DNA of 64,000 nucleotides from Camelus dromedarius (taxonomy: Eukaryota), in assembly GCF_036321535.1 (NCBI RefSeq), contig NC_087437.1, positions 39,310,001 to 39,374,000 of the forward strand. Reading direction: 5' to 3'. The notes beneath the pieces were generated by a model. The model did not search any database and was not told the DNA's origin. It saw only the letters and a program-made list of their open reading frames with translations. Shown here piece by piece: positions 28,622 through 43,400 of the stretch (position 1 is its first letter; each line of letters opens with the position of its first letter). The translations under genes and the position numbers were made by a program.

Positions 28622-31600
28622 GTAAGTGGCAACAGTTGCAGCCCAGGAAATGTGTGGCATTTTACAAGTGTTAAACAACAGTAGTGAAGAAAAGAGCTGC
28701 ACTGAATATCTTGCCAAAGCAGAAGCTCCTGAGAATGTTTGCCACTGGGGTAGGGTCGGGTGGGAGCTGAGAAGGCCAACCTCTTTGTTTTAATTTGAAG
28801 ATGCAAGGGTCCAGAGTCCATCGAAAGTGGTTGGCATCATGATCCACAGCGTGGACCGCAAGGGCTAAGTCTCAGGTCTTCCGGCTAGGGGCGCTCTTGG
28901 ACCCAAGGCTCTCCTTTGTGAAGAGTCTGTCTTCCTTCACCACATCTGCAATGAAGTATTTATGGAACACTAGTAACTACGTTGTAAAACTCAGGGAGAA
29001 TGAACTAGTGGGAGAGAAGGAGCCAGCAGCACAAAGAGCAGCTCTAGATTGTGGTACCGTGTCTCATTTCCGGTCTCAGTTCCAAAGATGCTCTTCCCAG
29101 TTCTCTACATGTTAGTAAACCATCCATTCCAGGTCGAAGCCAAAAATCCAATCATGCAAAATCAGTAAGGGACTGAACTGAAACTGAACAAGGATCTTTA
29201 GGTTCCAAATATTCTACCCTTTCAAGTTCATCATGTATTTGTATATATCATATGTCTCTTTATCAGTTTTAACCAAGGAAGAGGATAAAAATGGTGATGA
29301 ATAGAATAAGTAATGTTGTGTTCTTACCTAAGCTCTCTCGTGAAGAGACATTTTTAACTTCACTGAATTCTTCATTCTCCTCCACTGCATGAAATTTTAT
29401 GTTTCTTTAATGCCTGGGTGGCCAACGTAGCCTTAAGGTCTGTTGGTATATTTCTACTGCTTAAAGACAGTGCAGTTTCGCTACAGTGATATTTGTCTTT
29501 TAAAGAGCAAACTAAATAAAATGGGAGAGAAGAATTAACTACTAATTAGGATACAGCTTCTTCTGAAGTGAGTCTTTCTCTCAGTGCCCTGAGGAGTCCT
29601 TTCAGGCAGAGAGAAATGTGGATGGGTTTTTCTTTCTTATAAATATTTTGGCTTTTTAATGTGGCCAGAGGTTTAGGAGATGAGTATATTTTACAGATGC
29701 CTGAAATAAAATCTTCTGCAATCTGACTGGTGCGTTCCCAGTTATCATGAAAGAGGGGGCCATTATTGCTAATGAGTTATGAGGTACAGGCCTTCTGTAG
29801 AATTTACTTGGGAAAGCAATTTGCCCTAGAGTTGAATACATTTGGTAGAAGTGTATTTTTACATTTATTTCCCTTATGTGAATATTTGGCTAAGTTCTTT
29901 GTGTAGCTCTCACCAGACCTCAGTGTTTACTAAGTGACTTACAAAACTTTCTTGGTGAAAACTGGTATTTTGAATTGTTTCACAACTTGTAGGTGGAGTA
30001 AATGTTTTCAGAACATGGTGATGTTTAACAATGAATTATGTGTCCTTCATATAACAGTATATTTTAGGTGAATATTGTTTTAACTTCGTTTTAGGGCAAC
30101 AGTATTTTGTATTTATATAGTGTCTTCTCAGAGGCCCTCAAAATACTGTATAGCATATACATCAAATCCTCAAAATATAATATGAATGAACTATCACTAT
30201 ATTGTGATTAGAAAGTGGAAAATTCCAGATCTCACGTGGTTAAATAAAACTTCCCCCAAATTACCAAGCAATATATAGTGAACTTAAATTCCATACATAT
30301 TTAATTCATATATACTATATCGAGTAAATAATGACTATTTGCTACATATGAAAAACTATAGGGATCATTTTTAAAGTTTTTTTTTTACATTATATATTTT
30401 TAAAAATATGATGGTTAAACATCATTTTCATCTGTATCAGGAACACAAAATCTCAGCTTACTTCCGGTGGCCAGTTATAGATCTGAGTATGCACTGGTTT
30501 TAGTCCCATACTTTTTATGAAGTTACTATAATGTCATTTATATTTAAAGTAAATTACACCAGCAGTCCTAGAGCTGCATTGATCACTGGAGAAAAAAGAA
30601 ACAAGAATAGCAGCCAGAATTTGGAATGTTTCCCTAAAGAGTATGTTAACATATTGTGAAAAATATCAGTTCCCTTAATTATTTCAATCTCTCCTTTAGT
30701 TTTCTAATTGTACTTGGTCCTGAACTAGCTGTTTCTAAACCCAAAGGCGTTCTTATTTTCAACAACAAATTGATTCGCATAATCCTTCTTTTGTTTATTT
30801 AATCATTCAAAACCTGTTTTTGAACATCTGTTATGAGCTGGTAATACAAGGCACAGAGGAGTGACAGGGATGTGCACTGGGTGCTCTGGGAGCACCCTCT
30901 GCCTGCTGTAGACTGGAGGCTGGGGTCAGGAGGATGATTTCTGTGCTGTGACTGCACAGGGACTGTAGCAGTTACCTTGGCAGTTTGAATGGTGATACAG
31001 GCTTTCAAGGGATGCCACAATCTCAAGTACCCTTGTCCTGTTCTTTCCCATATTTCTCCTTTCAAAGGATTTAAGAGTTCAGAATGGAAGGAAATGAATC
31101 AGTGTAATCACTCTCATAAGAGGTGTGTCCAAGCTACACAAATGAAGAACAAGAGAGGCCAAATGGTGAAAAGAGCAAAGTATCTAATTCCTTATTTTAA
31201 ACAATGATTCAAAGCATCCTTTTGTTTTTCATTTTCTCATTTAGAAAATGATTGATCATAATACCTGTACAGTCAGGACAATTGGCATCCATCTAGTGAG
31301 GCTGAAGTCCCCCCAGATGCCCCAAATTAGTGGCACGTACTGGGATCAGCAAATTGGTTTTCAGAGTAATAGTATGTTTATGTCATAAGTGACTCTCATA
31401 TATATCAAACTGATTTGCACACTGGCTTGATACTAGTTACATGTAATCAGCTAATTCATTGGTTTTGTGCTATTTTTAACAGTATTTCCATGTACTCATA
31501 GACTATAAAAAGGACAGGCAATAACATACCATTAGCTTGAGAACAGAAATGTCAACTGGCAGACATCCTATTTGCTTTCTGATCATTGATTCAGTACATA

Positions 31601-31920
31601 CATTTTTTTTATGTCCTAAAGATACTGAGAATTCCCAGAGGTGAGTGCCCTTTAAGATGTGTTTAAATTACCACTGGTGAACTCGTTACCTTCCTCCATT
31701 GCTCTGTCAATTGAACATTGTTTATAGATTTATTAGTATTTCGATACAGTACAGACATTTACAATGCTTAATAACCTTCAGACTTTTATGAGTTTAGAGT
31801 GTTAACAGGTTTCCAGTAAAGTCTGTCATCTTCCCAACCAAAAACGTGTACCCATGGTGGACATACATTCAGATTTCTCTGTTGTTATGCTAATAATCCT
31901 CTTTTGCTTGTTTTGGAAAG

Positions 31921-32058
31921 GGATTGAATTGGAGGTTGTCAATAGCTGTGAAAAGAACAATGGTGGTTGTTCCCACCACTGTGAACATACAGTTGGTGGG
32001 CACCGTTGCTCCTGTAACCATGGACACCGGCTTGATTCAGATGAGAAAACATGCATAG
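31921..32058 (+). pseudogene. EGFEM1: EGF exon (RIELEVVNSCEKNNGGCSHHCEHTVGGHRCSCNHGHRLDSDEKTCI)
   Basis: gaaag|GG ... G|gtaatg, 138 bp, intact. Matches MEGF6 RIEMEIVNSCEANNGGCSH. Confidence 0.93.
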
Positions 32059-35000
32059 GTAATGTATGGTAAATGCCATCTTCCTTCAGAAGTTGTCCTG
32101 GATTCATTTAGCCCTTTCCTCTCTAATACTTAGTGCTGTAACGTAGCCACATCTCTCAAACTGCAAGGAGAAGTAAATTGAACAGTGTCTCTGGCTACTG
32201 GATAAATGTAAAAGAAATATTGACAGAAGATATTATTGTGTTTAGATATTTACTTTGAAGTTAAAGGAGATTTAAAACATATTAACAATATATATGGACT
32301 TAACAGTTTTATTTCTGGAAACTGTTCCAAGGCTTATCTAACCATTTAATGTAATTCGTAATTCAAACAACAAATGCTACCGCGCACCTACTTCTCTCCA
32401 TCTCAAACAGAAGCTAAATCACGTGCACAGGGTTTCAACTTGGTGATGATTTGGAGGCGTGTTCACCTTTGTTGTGGCAGGTAACTACATTCCAAAAGAA
32501 AATTTTAAAGGGTATTATTCTTTGGAAGTCACAGCTCAAGCCCATTTTTAATGGATAGCTTTTTCAACATATTAGAACTTATATCATTTGCGACAATGAG
32601 AAGAATAAATTCCACCCCAGCCTTGCTTTATAATGAAATGTTTAATCTAGAACTTCTGAGAAAAAGAAACATCTACCAGAAATAGGGAAAGCATCAAACT
32701 GTATTACTATATGCGCGAGGTCTAAGGGAACCTACAAGCCTCTAAGGCAATTTTCCGTTATTCAGGAATTACGATACCATATTTGCTTGTTTTCTTTTGT
32801 GATACTTTATATCGTCTTTCTTAAAAATTACGATATGAGTACTAAAAAAATTTTTTTGACCATTTCATGCTACTCAGTATGGTTAGACATGTTGGAGAAC
32901 CATAAAAGAGAAGGTAAATTTCAAAGGCCTAAGCACTTGGGTTTTTGGGTTTTTTTTTGGCACTACTGTGACAGAGTGAACTTCAAGGGATTTTGAAGTT
33001 CTCTGCTTTCATAAATTATTTAACCAAAACAATGTCATTACTTGTGTATCTTGATCCAATATTACCTTCTACATTTCTCAGAATCTACAGTGTTTAACTT
33101 AATGAAACCAGGTGCTTGCCTTACCTCTTTTTATGTAATGAAAAATACGCTTATGATTTTCCACCTTGCTAATATTTGTTTCTTTGGGGGAAAAAAAAGG
33201 GCTTCCTTCCGTCTTTCCTCCCTCCCTCACTCCATTCCTTCCTACTTATCTTTCTCATCTGACTATTGGATAAGGGAAAATGGAATTTTGCTAAACCTTT
33301 TGTTTGCAGCTTATAATTTGGTATCTTTTGTTATTCTTTGAAAAGTACAATTCAGTAAACTTCTTATTTACAGCCAGAAAAATCGCATCTGCCAGGGTCA
33401 AAATGTAGAAAATTGCATATTTATGAGATTTCAGCAGTCAACATGACAACATTATGTTCTTCATGGCTCAAATTTATTTCATTTTCCAACAAATAAATAA
33501 CACTCATTCCTAAAGACCAAATATTCACTAGAGTAGAGGCAATGACTTGTTTGGCGTGTACATATTCATGCTTTGCTTCTTTGCTTGAGAACAGATAAAA
33601 GCCATGGATGCTTTGTAAAAACATTCATGCATGAGGGAAATGAAATAATTTTCCTTTTATCTTATTTTAGGATCAACTTTTTTTTACATGAGAACATAAA
33701 AATGAATGTGAAAATAAGTCATCCTGTCTGTATGTGGTCAATCTTGCCCAAATGCCAAAATCTATTAGGGCTGAAATCTAGAAATGTGTTAACACAATTT
33801 GAAAGACAGCTACACAAAATGCAAGTGTCTGACCAGCAGTAAATTCACTAAATTTAACAGTGGGTAGTGATTAGAAAAAAGTTTTATTCTTATCTTTGAA
33901 ACTTTGTTCAGTGACTGTGTATGGGGGATAGATACAGAAGGTCAAGTTTTTTTTTAAGGTTTACTTTTGATGCTTTTCTGAAATCACAAGTGAAATGTTT
34001 AATTGTTTTGCCTAATTACAATTAATGCTCTATTTATGATTAGGGCTAAATTTTTATGTACAGGTGAATTTCTCCACAGCGTTGCAGTATCTGGTATATT
34101 GGCCAGTGTAGGAAATATATAATCATCACAGAGGAGGAAAAGTAAAAAGAAAAAATAAGCAAGCAAAGATTTTACCACATATGATCTGAAAAGGAATAAA
34201 GAAATTTAGGAAACAGGTAATGTAAGGGTTGAAGAGACAGGACATTTTAAGAAAGGATGGATGGGGTTTCAGATGAGTTCCAGACATGAGACAAGAAGTA
34301 GCCCAGAGGAATGATAACAGAAAAAGAATACAAAACAGATCATAAGATAATAGATGGAGGAACTCATCTTTCCAGTTACGTGACACAGTTGTGCTCCTTG
34401 CTAGTTGAGTCCAGAGCATCATGGGACAGGTATGTTTAAGGTTCTGGTGGCATCTGAGGAGACTTCTTAAAAAATCTTGAAATAAGAAAACCCCCAAAAC
34501 ATAAAAGATAATGTTTTAGATAAAATGAAACTGAATTTTTAAAAGTTTTTTTTTTGTCCTCTGTATTCTTACTATTTAAACCAAAGGACAAAGGAAGGCT
34601 TAATACAAGAAACGAAAAAAATATAGAGAGTTCTGTGAGTAGCACTGCTTGTGACATTTTGCAGGAGAAAGACTGTTTTGTGTCCAAATGACCTTCATTT
34701 AGATATTTTATGGTGACCCCTCACCTTAGCTGATGGATTGCATTTTCTTTCCTTCCTTTCTCTTGTCTGCATCCCCTTACATTGGTACCCTTTCCAAGGT
34801 TAATTGAGACACTGACCTTTTATATCTGTGGCTGCTCATGTAGTTATGGAGCAATGGGATTTTGTAAACTCAGCACTGACAGGCCACCCAACTTAACAGC
34901 TCAACAAACACAGGGGGTTGAACTGAACCAAGGGCATATAGCCAAAACCCCTGACTACACAATTCCCAGGTGTCTAGCCTGGATGTAGCATTGGGTGAGG

Positions 35001-35811
35001 AGTCTGTTGCTACTTCTTAGCCAATTCTATGAGAAATGATCACCTCAAAACAGGATAAGTTGATTATCCTTTGGCTGATAGCTTTCAATTTGAAGTCTTC
35101 TGGTGCGTTTTGATTTTCCCTAGGGCAATTATATCTTAGGAAGACATGTGCAGGATTATAGAATTCTAAAGACCTGAAGATCATCGCTTAGAAAGCTGTT
35201 TATCTTTGATAGGACATTCCAGGATAATGGTGTCACCGATTATAATAAAAATTTATCCCAGTCAAAGCATCATCGGAAAGTTCAAGCAAATGCCCTGAAA
35301 TATTCTGTAATTTAACACATAATATTTAAAATGACCGTCTGCCCTCTCTCCAAATTGCAGTTAACCACTTCTCTTCCCAGCGGTGTGAATTCCTTTTGCT
35401 TGGGAATGTTCTTCCGTCTGAGGTTGGCTAAATGGAATTTTTGGCTCGTCTTCTCAAGTTATTTTGTTTTTTTTTTTTTTTCCTCTTCAGATTCTTTGTT
35501 TATTCAGTCAGATTGCTGTTTAAACTGGAAAAATAGCAGAGATCTCTTTCCCTGTGCTTATAAATGCGTTTGGAGATTATTTACATGCTTTTCAAGTAAA
35601 TACCAGGCAGAGGGGAAGCATGCAAGACACATAAACCCAAATGCGGGCCTTGTTCTTTGTGTCATAGTTTCGTCAGTGTCTCTACTCTGCAGCCCAAGAA
35701 ATAGAAAATGACGATGAGTAAAACTGTTCTCATTTAGAAGTGAGGCTGATCAGCACTTCTGTAGGTTGGCTGACTCCCTGTCTCTTCAGTAACAGAGACC
35801 TTGCCCCTCAG

Positions 35812-35932
35812 ACTCTGGCCAGTGTGAGTGGAGAAGCCTGCTGTGCCCAGCTCTGCACCAGCTGTTTAGGACGCTCCGAACGCAGCTGCCAGGAGGGCTG
35901 TGGGCTCAGTCCCGATGGCCGTGGGTGTGACG
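35812..35932 (+). pseudogene. EGFEM1: EGF exon with -2 frameshift (DSGQCE/GEACCAQLCTSCLGRSERSCQEGCGLSPDGRGCD)
   Basis: ctcag|AC ... G|gtgaat, 121 bp (not 3n). The frame breaks at ~35829 and the shifted frame stops at TGA 35928-35930. Confidence 0.88.
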
Positions 35933-37669
35933 GTGAATCCCCGAGTCCTAACATGAAATTACTGATGTGATGGGGCAGTTCACGCAGGAGGAACCCTGGG
36001 GCAGAGGGTTCGGGTGGGAAAGGGAAGGCTTTGACACTGAAGCGACTTGGATCTCTCTGACGCTCTACCATGTGCTGTTGTGTGAACTTGGGAGACACCA
36101 AGTGCTCTGAGCCTCAAGTCTTCATCAGGAAGGTGAAGACGATAACGGTAGTAGTGCATCAATGAAGGAAAGTCATTCATGTAAAGTGCCCACCACCCAG
36201 ATAGACATCGAGAAATCCCTCAACTAGACTAGCTATTGCGATTATAGTATTCACCGACCCATAAGCCCCTTTACCTAATGTACTGTATGTGCACAAGTGA
36301 GAGATTCCGGCAAGCCATACACAGCACCCTGTGGTAGGAGTCATTCATGGCAAGCTTGACTGGAATCAGAAAGTTGATTACTGAGAGTCATTTTAATTAG
36401 AGGACCGTAGCAAAAGGATAGCCAGTTCATGAGCCACAGTCCAAATCTTTGTCAGAATCCTTTACAGATCCAATATGAATCTCGCTATTGCAAGTTTTAA
36501 AATGAATCACTTAACAGTTTTCCAACTTATTGGTTGAAATTGGTTCACTTACCTTTTAGATGACTTTTAGCTGATAGCTATATTCTTATAATATCACAGG
36601 AGAGTTCGAATTTAAGGAGTAAATTGAGTTTTTTATACCATTAAGAAGAGCTCATGCAAGTCATTGCTGTAAATTACTTTTAAAAGTTTACCTTAAATAT
36701 ATACGCTTTAAATGTTCATTTGTTCATGATTACCATTATTTTGGACTATAGTTTTCTTGAAATCAAAGCAACGATTAGAAGATTGATATCTATTTCAATG
36801 ACAGTCAAATTATGAAAGAAGACTTTGATGCCTCAGATAAAATAGTGTTTCTTGGCTTAAATAAATGAATTCTTGAATTCTGTTGGGGATAATAGGTGTG
36901 TTTCTTCATATCGATGCCAAGCTCCCCAGCCTGGCAGTGTAGATAACAGCAGAGAACAGCCAACTATGATATCTATATATCCTAAACACAGTAGAGCATA
37001 TTACCACTTACCACATCCCGTCCAATTAACGGGGCCAAAAAAAATTGACTTTCACGTACCATCTGCTCTTCAGCAGGATGAGCCAAGAAATGATTGTATG
37101 GCGTGAATGTACATCCTTGGGTACACACAACCACATGGGAAGGGTATCCACAATCTGAGGCCAGGCCTACAAACTCAGCTTCATAACTGAACTTATAGTA
37201 TCGCGAACACATTGATCAAAGTCCAGGCTCAGACGTGGACAGACACCGCTAAGCCATATGAGAGCAAGGCCTGGGATTCTTCCATTTCTCAGATTTGTCA
37301 CAGACCTTGTACAGAATCATGTATGGAATAAATGCCTCACCGTAGGTATTGAATAATTCAGTAGTGAATGAACATTCTGCAAAATGGTGCACAGCCTGAG
37401 ACCATTTAATTTAACTTTTTAATTCTTCATTAAAACCTCATGAGCAAGCTCTCAGGAAGACCTTGTCTATGTAGACAAGCTATGGTAAACTTGGAAATGA
37501 GTGAAGGGAAAATAATTGGCCGGGTATACTGGAGGGAGAATTCAGGGCTATGCTTCTATATGGCAAAACATTATTACTGGTTAATAAAGGGAACAAATAG
37601 GCCCATGAGTTCATCACATCTATTTTATTTCTTGATGCCTAAGAGTAGACATTGTTTAAATTTTCTTAG

Positions 37670-37792
37670 ATGTAGATGAGTGTCTGGATGTCAGTGCAGT
37701 CTGTGACCAACTGTGCATTAACTCTGTGGGGACCTATTAGTGTGCTTGTGAGGACGGCTACAGAATTGGAAGTGATGGAAAAACTTGCATCT
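37670..37792 (+). pseudogene. EGFEM1: Calcium-binding EGF exon with in-frame stop (DVDECLDVSAVCDQLCINSVGTY*CACEDGYRIGSDGKTCI)
   Basis: cttag|AT ... T|gtgagt, 123 bp. DVDEC consensus present; TAG at 37738-37740. Confidence 0.92.
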
Positions 37793-38167
37793 GTGAGTTG
37801 CTTTGAAGAATTTTATCAAATCTCTTCTAAATGCCTTCGACCATCATCGTGTTCTTCAGGAGCATGGAGACCATCTATTCTCTAACTCAGCCTGTCCTCC
37901 CCTTTCTCTCTTCACAGGCTGAGATCTTTCTTTTCCTTTGTTCTCTCTGCAGCAGTTTCAACTCAGTGGCTCCCTGTTTCTCACCTTCATTTACAATAGA
38001 CTGTTTGAAATGGTCTTCTCAAAGAGTGTTGCCTTTCAGCCACCCCCTCCCTGCCTTGGCTGTCTACTTCAAACGCTCTCATTTCTCTCACTAACCCTCA
38101 CTCAGTTTTTCCTTTTTTTAACCAGCATGTTGAATCCAGCCATTTTCCTGTGTGGTCTTCGCTTTAG

Positions 38168-38353
38168 ATAATGATGAGCTAGAGGAAGAAGGAGAGGAGG
38201 TACACTTTGTGAGGTTTCCAGGTCTTCAATTCAAGAGCCCACCTCCACTGCTTCCGTATGTGGCCACCTCTCTGCCTCTCACCCACCAAGATGAAGAAGA
38301 TAAGGAGGAGGAAGGAGAGATTCGAGGACAACTGAAGGCTTTGCACAAAGTTG
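38168..38353 (+). pseudogene. EGFEM1: Acidic linker exon (NDELEEEGEEVHFVRFPG...EEEGEIRGQLKALHKV)
   Basis: ctttag|AT ... G|gtgtgt, 186 bp, open. Resembles the MEGF6 linker (LPFVRP...EEEAELRGEHTLTEKFV). The ancestral 5' edge may be 38162. Confidence 0.82.
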
Positions 38354-39599
38354 GTGTGTGAAAGAATATATCTCATTATAGTCACCTCTTTTCTCTATTT
38401 TTAGATAATTCCCATAAATTCTTTCATAGACAATCACATTATCAATATTTAATGCCATCAAATGTTTTAAGGTGATGTTAGCAAGAAAAGTGGGACCAGA
38501 ATTACTTCTTCAAAGCTTCCTATCGAATTCATCATCTTTTATCTTTCTTCCCTTTGCACAATAAATGGTTGCTATGTAGGTATGTATGAGGGGGTGCAGG
38601 GTGGTGGGGGCTGGTGAAATGCAATGCAGTGAAATGGAGCCAAAAAGTACTTTGAATTAACATAACGGAGAGAAGGATTGGGACCTTTCAGTTTTAACAG
38701 CTGAACCTCTGCTAGAAGTCTTTTTTTTTATATAGTTAGAATTTACCTGAAATAGCCTTAAAATCTAGACCCCTCCTGGATTTTAAAATGCAGAGAACCA
38801 ATGGTTCAACATGCTTAAGTGGACCGAGAAAAAAATATCTTTACAAATGTGAGCAGTTTTTCTTATATATCCACACAACAGAGCTCAAGCATCAAATCAC
38901 TTCTGATCAAAATAAATTAGCATAACCTCTTTCAAAAGTAACAGTTTGCTGCCAGTCTGCTGCTTCTTTTTCTTTTCTTTGTGAGGCAGAGCTGCTCTTT
39001 TTGTTCTCCCTCTATTCGCTGTATTTTAAGAGGATCAAAGCTTAATGATTGCTTTAAAATGCATTCAGTAAAATGGCAGATTTGTTTATATGCTATGGTT
39101 AATCATAATAATATCAATTAAAACATCTGCATAAAAATGGAAATGCTTTAGTGTTCCTTAATTAGACTCCTGATACTCTGGCTCCACAAAGTCAGAACAG
39201 AAATAGTTCAGGGCTCCCAAGGCAGTCAGAACTTGAGTGGCCAAGATCTAGAGAGGAGAGAAGCTTGGACAAGTACGATGGACAATCTGTGCTGCCTTCC
39301 CCCTTGCGCCATTTGCTAATGGATGGGCAGTGCAGGCAGAGAAGCCCGGAAATCTACAGACAGCTGCTGATAGGGGGAGGAGCTAAGCACAGTTAGCAGT
39401 AGTATCACAGCGCTGGAGAGGTAGAAGTTGGAATTCAGAATCTGCCAAAGTGGAGAGGCCTTGCTAAACATGGTAGGCTTTCAACTGGGACGTCTGAAAG
39501 ACTCCACCTAGAGACAGGGGGAAAACTTGAAATGGAATAAGCCTTAAAACAACTGAAATCAAGTCTCTCCATCCTCATTCAGATTAGGGTAATTTCCCT

Positions 39600-40052
39600 C
39601 AAGAATAGGATGGAAAAACATATTCTGGTACACTTATGCAATAGACTACTACACAGCCATAAAAAATAAACTGTATACAGAACATATGGATGAGTCTCAC
39701 AAACATTGTGTTGAATGAAAGAAGCGTGATACCAAAGAGTACGTACATACTTTATGATCCTATTTATATGACGTTCAAAACTAAGGGACAGTAATCCACG
39801 GTGACAGAAATCAGGATAATGCTTCATTTGTAAGGCTAGTGAGTAAGAATCATCAGGCCACCTCTGAGGTTTTGAGCTGCTGGTAATAATCTGTATCTTG
39901 ATCTGGGAGGCAGTTACATGGGGTTGTTTACACTGTAGGGGGAAAGTAGGAAGTGAATACTTGAGTTTTGTGCACTTCTCTGCATATGTTTATTAAATTG
40001 CAATAAAAAGGCTTACTTAGGGGAAAAAACAAACAAACAAACAAAAAAAAAA
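39600..40052 (+). mobile_element. Old LINE-1 3' end (L1MC/L1ME-type) with A-rich tail
   Basis: ggatgagtctcacaaacattgtgttgaatgaaagaagc...tatcttgatctgggaggcagttacatggg...aataaaaa, followed by an A/CAAA tail. Confidence 0.8.
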
Positions 40053-40361
40053 CCCTTTGCATCAAAAAGCCTGGAACAAAAAACACTAAGGTGCCAGGAA
40101 CATTGATTATTTTTGTGTTCAGAAATCACTGGTAATTTCTTTCCCTTTTTTTTTGCATTCTTAAATATTCTAAATACTCTTTAGGGGCTACATTCCAAGC
40201 TCTATTTTAAAAGGTTTCTCTCTGCTCTTGCCTTTTCCTGGGACTCTTTAGGAAATAGGCCCAAGGATCACGTGTGTTTGTTTTCTCAGCGGTGGCGGGT
40301 TTCGTCTTCCCTTTCAGTGATGTAAACAGCGTGGGTCAACTAAGATGGCATCGCATTCCAG

Positions 40362-40493
40362 TCTGTTTAGATCACACCTTTGGCCGCGATTGCAGTCAGT
40401 GCTGTGCCAACTGCATGAATGGAGGCAGGTGTCAGGAAGGAAGGAGTGGGTGCTCCTGCCCTGCTGGCTGGGGAGGAGTTCTTTGTAATGAAA
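40362..40493 (+). pseudogene. EGFEM1: EGF-laminin-like exon (VCLDHTFGRDCSQCCANCMNGGRCQEGRSGCSCPAGWGGVLCNE)
   Basis: tccag|TC ... A|gtaagt, 132 bp, open frame. Confidence 0.92.
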
Positions 40494-43400
40494 GTAAGTG
40501 ATACATTGGAGATCCGGTAAGATGCGTTCTCCTTTGCTGCCAGCCAACTACCGGTGATGAGTTCTTCTTTACGTGTGTCCTCCCTAAAATGTTTTAACAG
40601 GGTTGACGATTGATCTGGGTGAAAAACCAATTTATTTGTTGTGGAAAAATATTGTCTACGAAGCCCTGAGGTTTCAAATGGAGCATGTGATTAAAAGGGG
40701 AGATTTTGTGTTCCCTGGGAAACTTGGTGTTCTGACTCTTGTTTATCCATGGAACGTAAAAGTTAATAAAGGATCCTAATATTCTAGGCCTATAAAAATC
40801 CCTCCATTTAAATAAATCATTAGGCCCTGGCAAGCTATTCCCAATGAAGACAAAGATGAAAGGATTTGTGTTACGAAGCACAACGAATGGAACCGCTTGA
40901 CTGTTCGCTGCCGCTTTTTGTTTGTGTTTTCTTTTCTTTTTCTTTTAAACAATATGTAAGTACAGTCAATGACACTTTTAACCTTTTTATATAAATCTCT
41001 CATGAGAAAATGTCAACGATTGGAAAATAATACCTCTAATAAAGTTTTTCCTTTATATTTTAAATGGAGTCATACTTGCAGGCACTAAAACTGCCAAGTA
41101 ATAAAAACAAAATATATTGCCTGTCTTTATTTCTTCTTTCTCTTTTTAAATTTCCCTTATAAATTTTTTAATAAAAGAGTTTAGTCTTTGTGGGTGGCTC
41201 AGAAGATGACGTGAGCAGATTTGCTTTTGAACCCCCCGCATATGGGAAGAAAGAAGACAAATGTTGTTTCTATCGTGAGATAGATGCAAAACTTGAGTTA
41301 TAACATAGTGAAGTGGTTGCCCCAGAATTACTAGTTAGAGTGTTGAGGATCTTCCTAAAGCATTTCTCTGATCATGTTTCTCTGCTGCTCGTTTCAGGAG
41401 TGTCCCATTTCCTGGTGCATAAAGCTCACGCTTCTGATTCAGTCATTGGCAACCATCTCGTATCAGGCGCTCATAAATCCTTTTTTCTTTTTATCCACAA
41501 CTCTTTGACCAGCTTATCATCTTCAGCAAACTAAACCACTAACTACTTAATGCTTTGGACTTTACAGCTTTGTGCCTTTTGCTAAACTGCCACCTTTGTT
41601 CATTGCCATTTATTGTATGAAGCTTTATTTGATGGCCCCAGACTAACCACAACTATTTATACTTTTGATGGATTTAAAGTCTCTCTCTCTCTCTCCTCTT
41701 TGGGTTAGAATTAGCTATGTTCCTATTCCATTTCCCTTACTAGACTGGGAGCTTATCAGCTTGACATAGTCAACTGTATAAAACTAGAATCAAATTAATG
41801 TTATTGCATGACTATTAGGAAGTAAATGTTTATCCTATATTGTAAATTTTGTTCATAAATATACATCATCCAAACTTTTGATACCTAACATGTCAGCATG
41901 AGGAAAGAAACTAATAATCTATTGCAAATGCATTTGGATAAAACACCTGTGACACTAAACTAATATAGAAATACTGAAAATGGAATTTCATGATATAATG
42001 AAAAGAACATGACCCCATCTTTGGCTTTGGAATCCCTTGAGGTTCTTTTAAGTGTTCACATAGTCCGAGGAGGCTGTCTCAGAAAACAGAAACTTGTATC
42101 TTCTCTGCATTTCCTCTCTGTCGTTCATTCTTGTTTTTTACAAAAATGAAAACAAAACAATCCAAACTGGAAAAAAAAAGTGCTCATAAATTCTTTAATG
42201 GAAAAGGAGAGTGAGAACACTTTCTTAAAAAAGTTCCTATAAACTGTAATAAATGGAAGTGACAAATCATTCATCATTAGTATTTCTAAGAGTATCAGCT
42301 CTTCAAATGCAGCAAGGGACATCAAAAAAAAAATATTCTGCAGGGGTCTGGACAATTAGTTTTCCTATGGAGTGGCTCTTCTAGCCAGATGTCTTTACTG
42401 GTCTATAATCAAAGCAACTATATTGACGTCTTAAGAATTTCTTTAAAGCAATTTAAAAATTACCACATATTAATTTTAATGGCACATTTCAGAGCTCTGT
42501 TTCTTTTGAGAAGATTTTATGTTGACGATCTTATTAGTTATTGTGAGACTCCACCCAGTCGGAAGAGGAGATTGGAATATTTTCCTATGGCGAATCAGTG
42601 GGCTAGTATTACACGGGAGGATTCATGGCTTCTTCCAAACCACCCATCTACGGCCATGTTTGTTTTAAAATTTTCTTCTCCAGGATAATTGCTCTGTTTG
42701 GTGCTAATGAAGTATTTAGCAAATCCCTCTACTCCGTGATACCATATTCTTTTTGTGGGGGAGTGCCAGACAATAGTGTTGGTTTGCCGATGTTGACGCC
42801 TTGCTATAATCCAGATACCATGCAAGCTATTCAAACTTCCTTAGCTTTGTTTTTCAGGTCTACTTTTTAAAAAAATTACTCCACCTATAGCTGCTGTAAG
42901 AATTCAAAGACTTACTACGTGTAAATTAACAGTGTAGACCTCAACTGCTGTTTGCTGCCAGTTTCCTTCTCTCATTCCTTTTGTTTTCCTCTTTCCTTTT
43001 CATTGTAACCTCAGGCTTGAAAGCAAAGAAAAAAGTGGATAAGAAGCCAAGTTTTCATGTTCGCATCTGGAGTCATGTGGGTGGGTAGATAGAGGGGTTG
43101 ATGTAAGTATAGTTTTATGATATTTAGCCAATTATGATAAAATGGCCATTAAGATGGTTACTGAAGTTACCTCAACAGCTGTATTTACTGAAGTTAAGCT
43201 AAAGTCATAGACATATCCCCCAATTTATTTATTTTTAATGGATTGCTAAATACTTCCCCCAAACCAACAAACCAGAAAACAAAACGAAACAGTTGTTTTC
43301 TTGACGTCATCAATCTTTGACAGTGCAGAATACCTTGAGGCCCCCCAAGACAGGCTTAGCTACACTCATTCCTCGTTAAAAACACATGACATTTTTTTTC

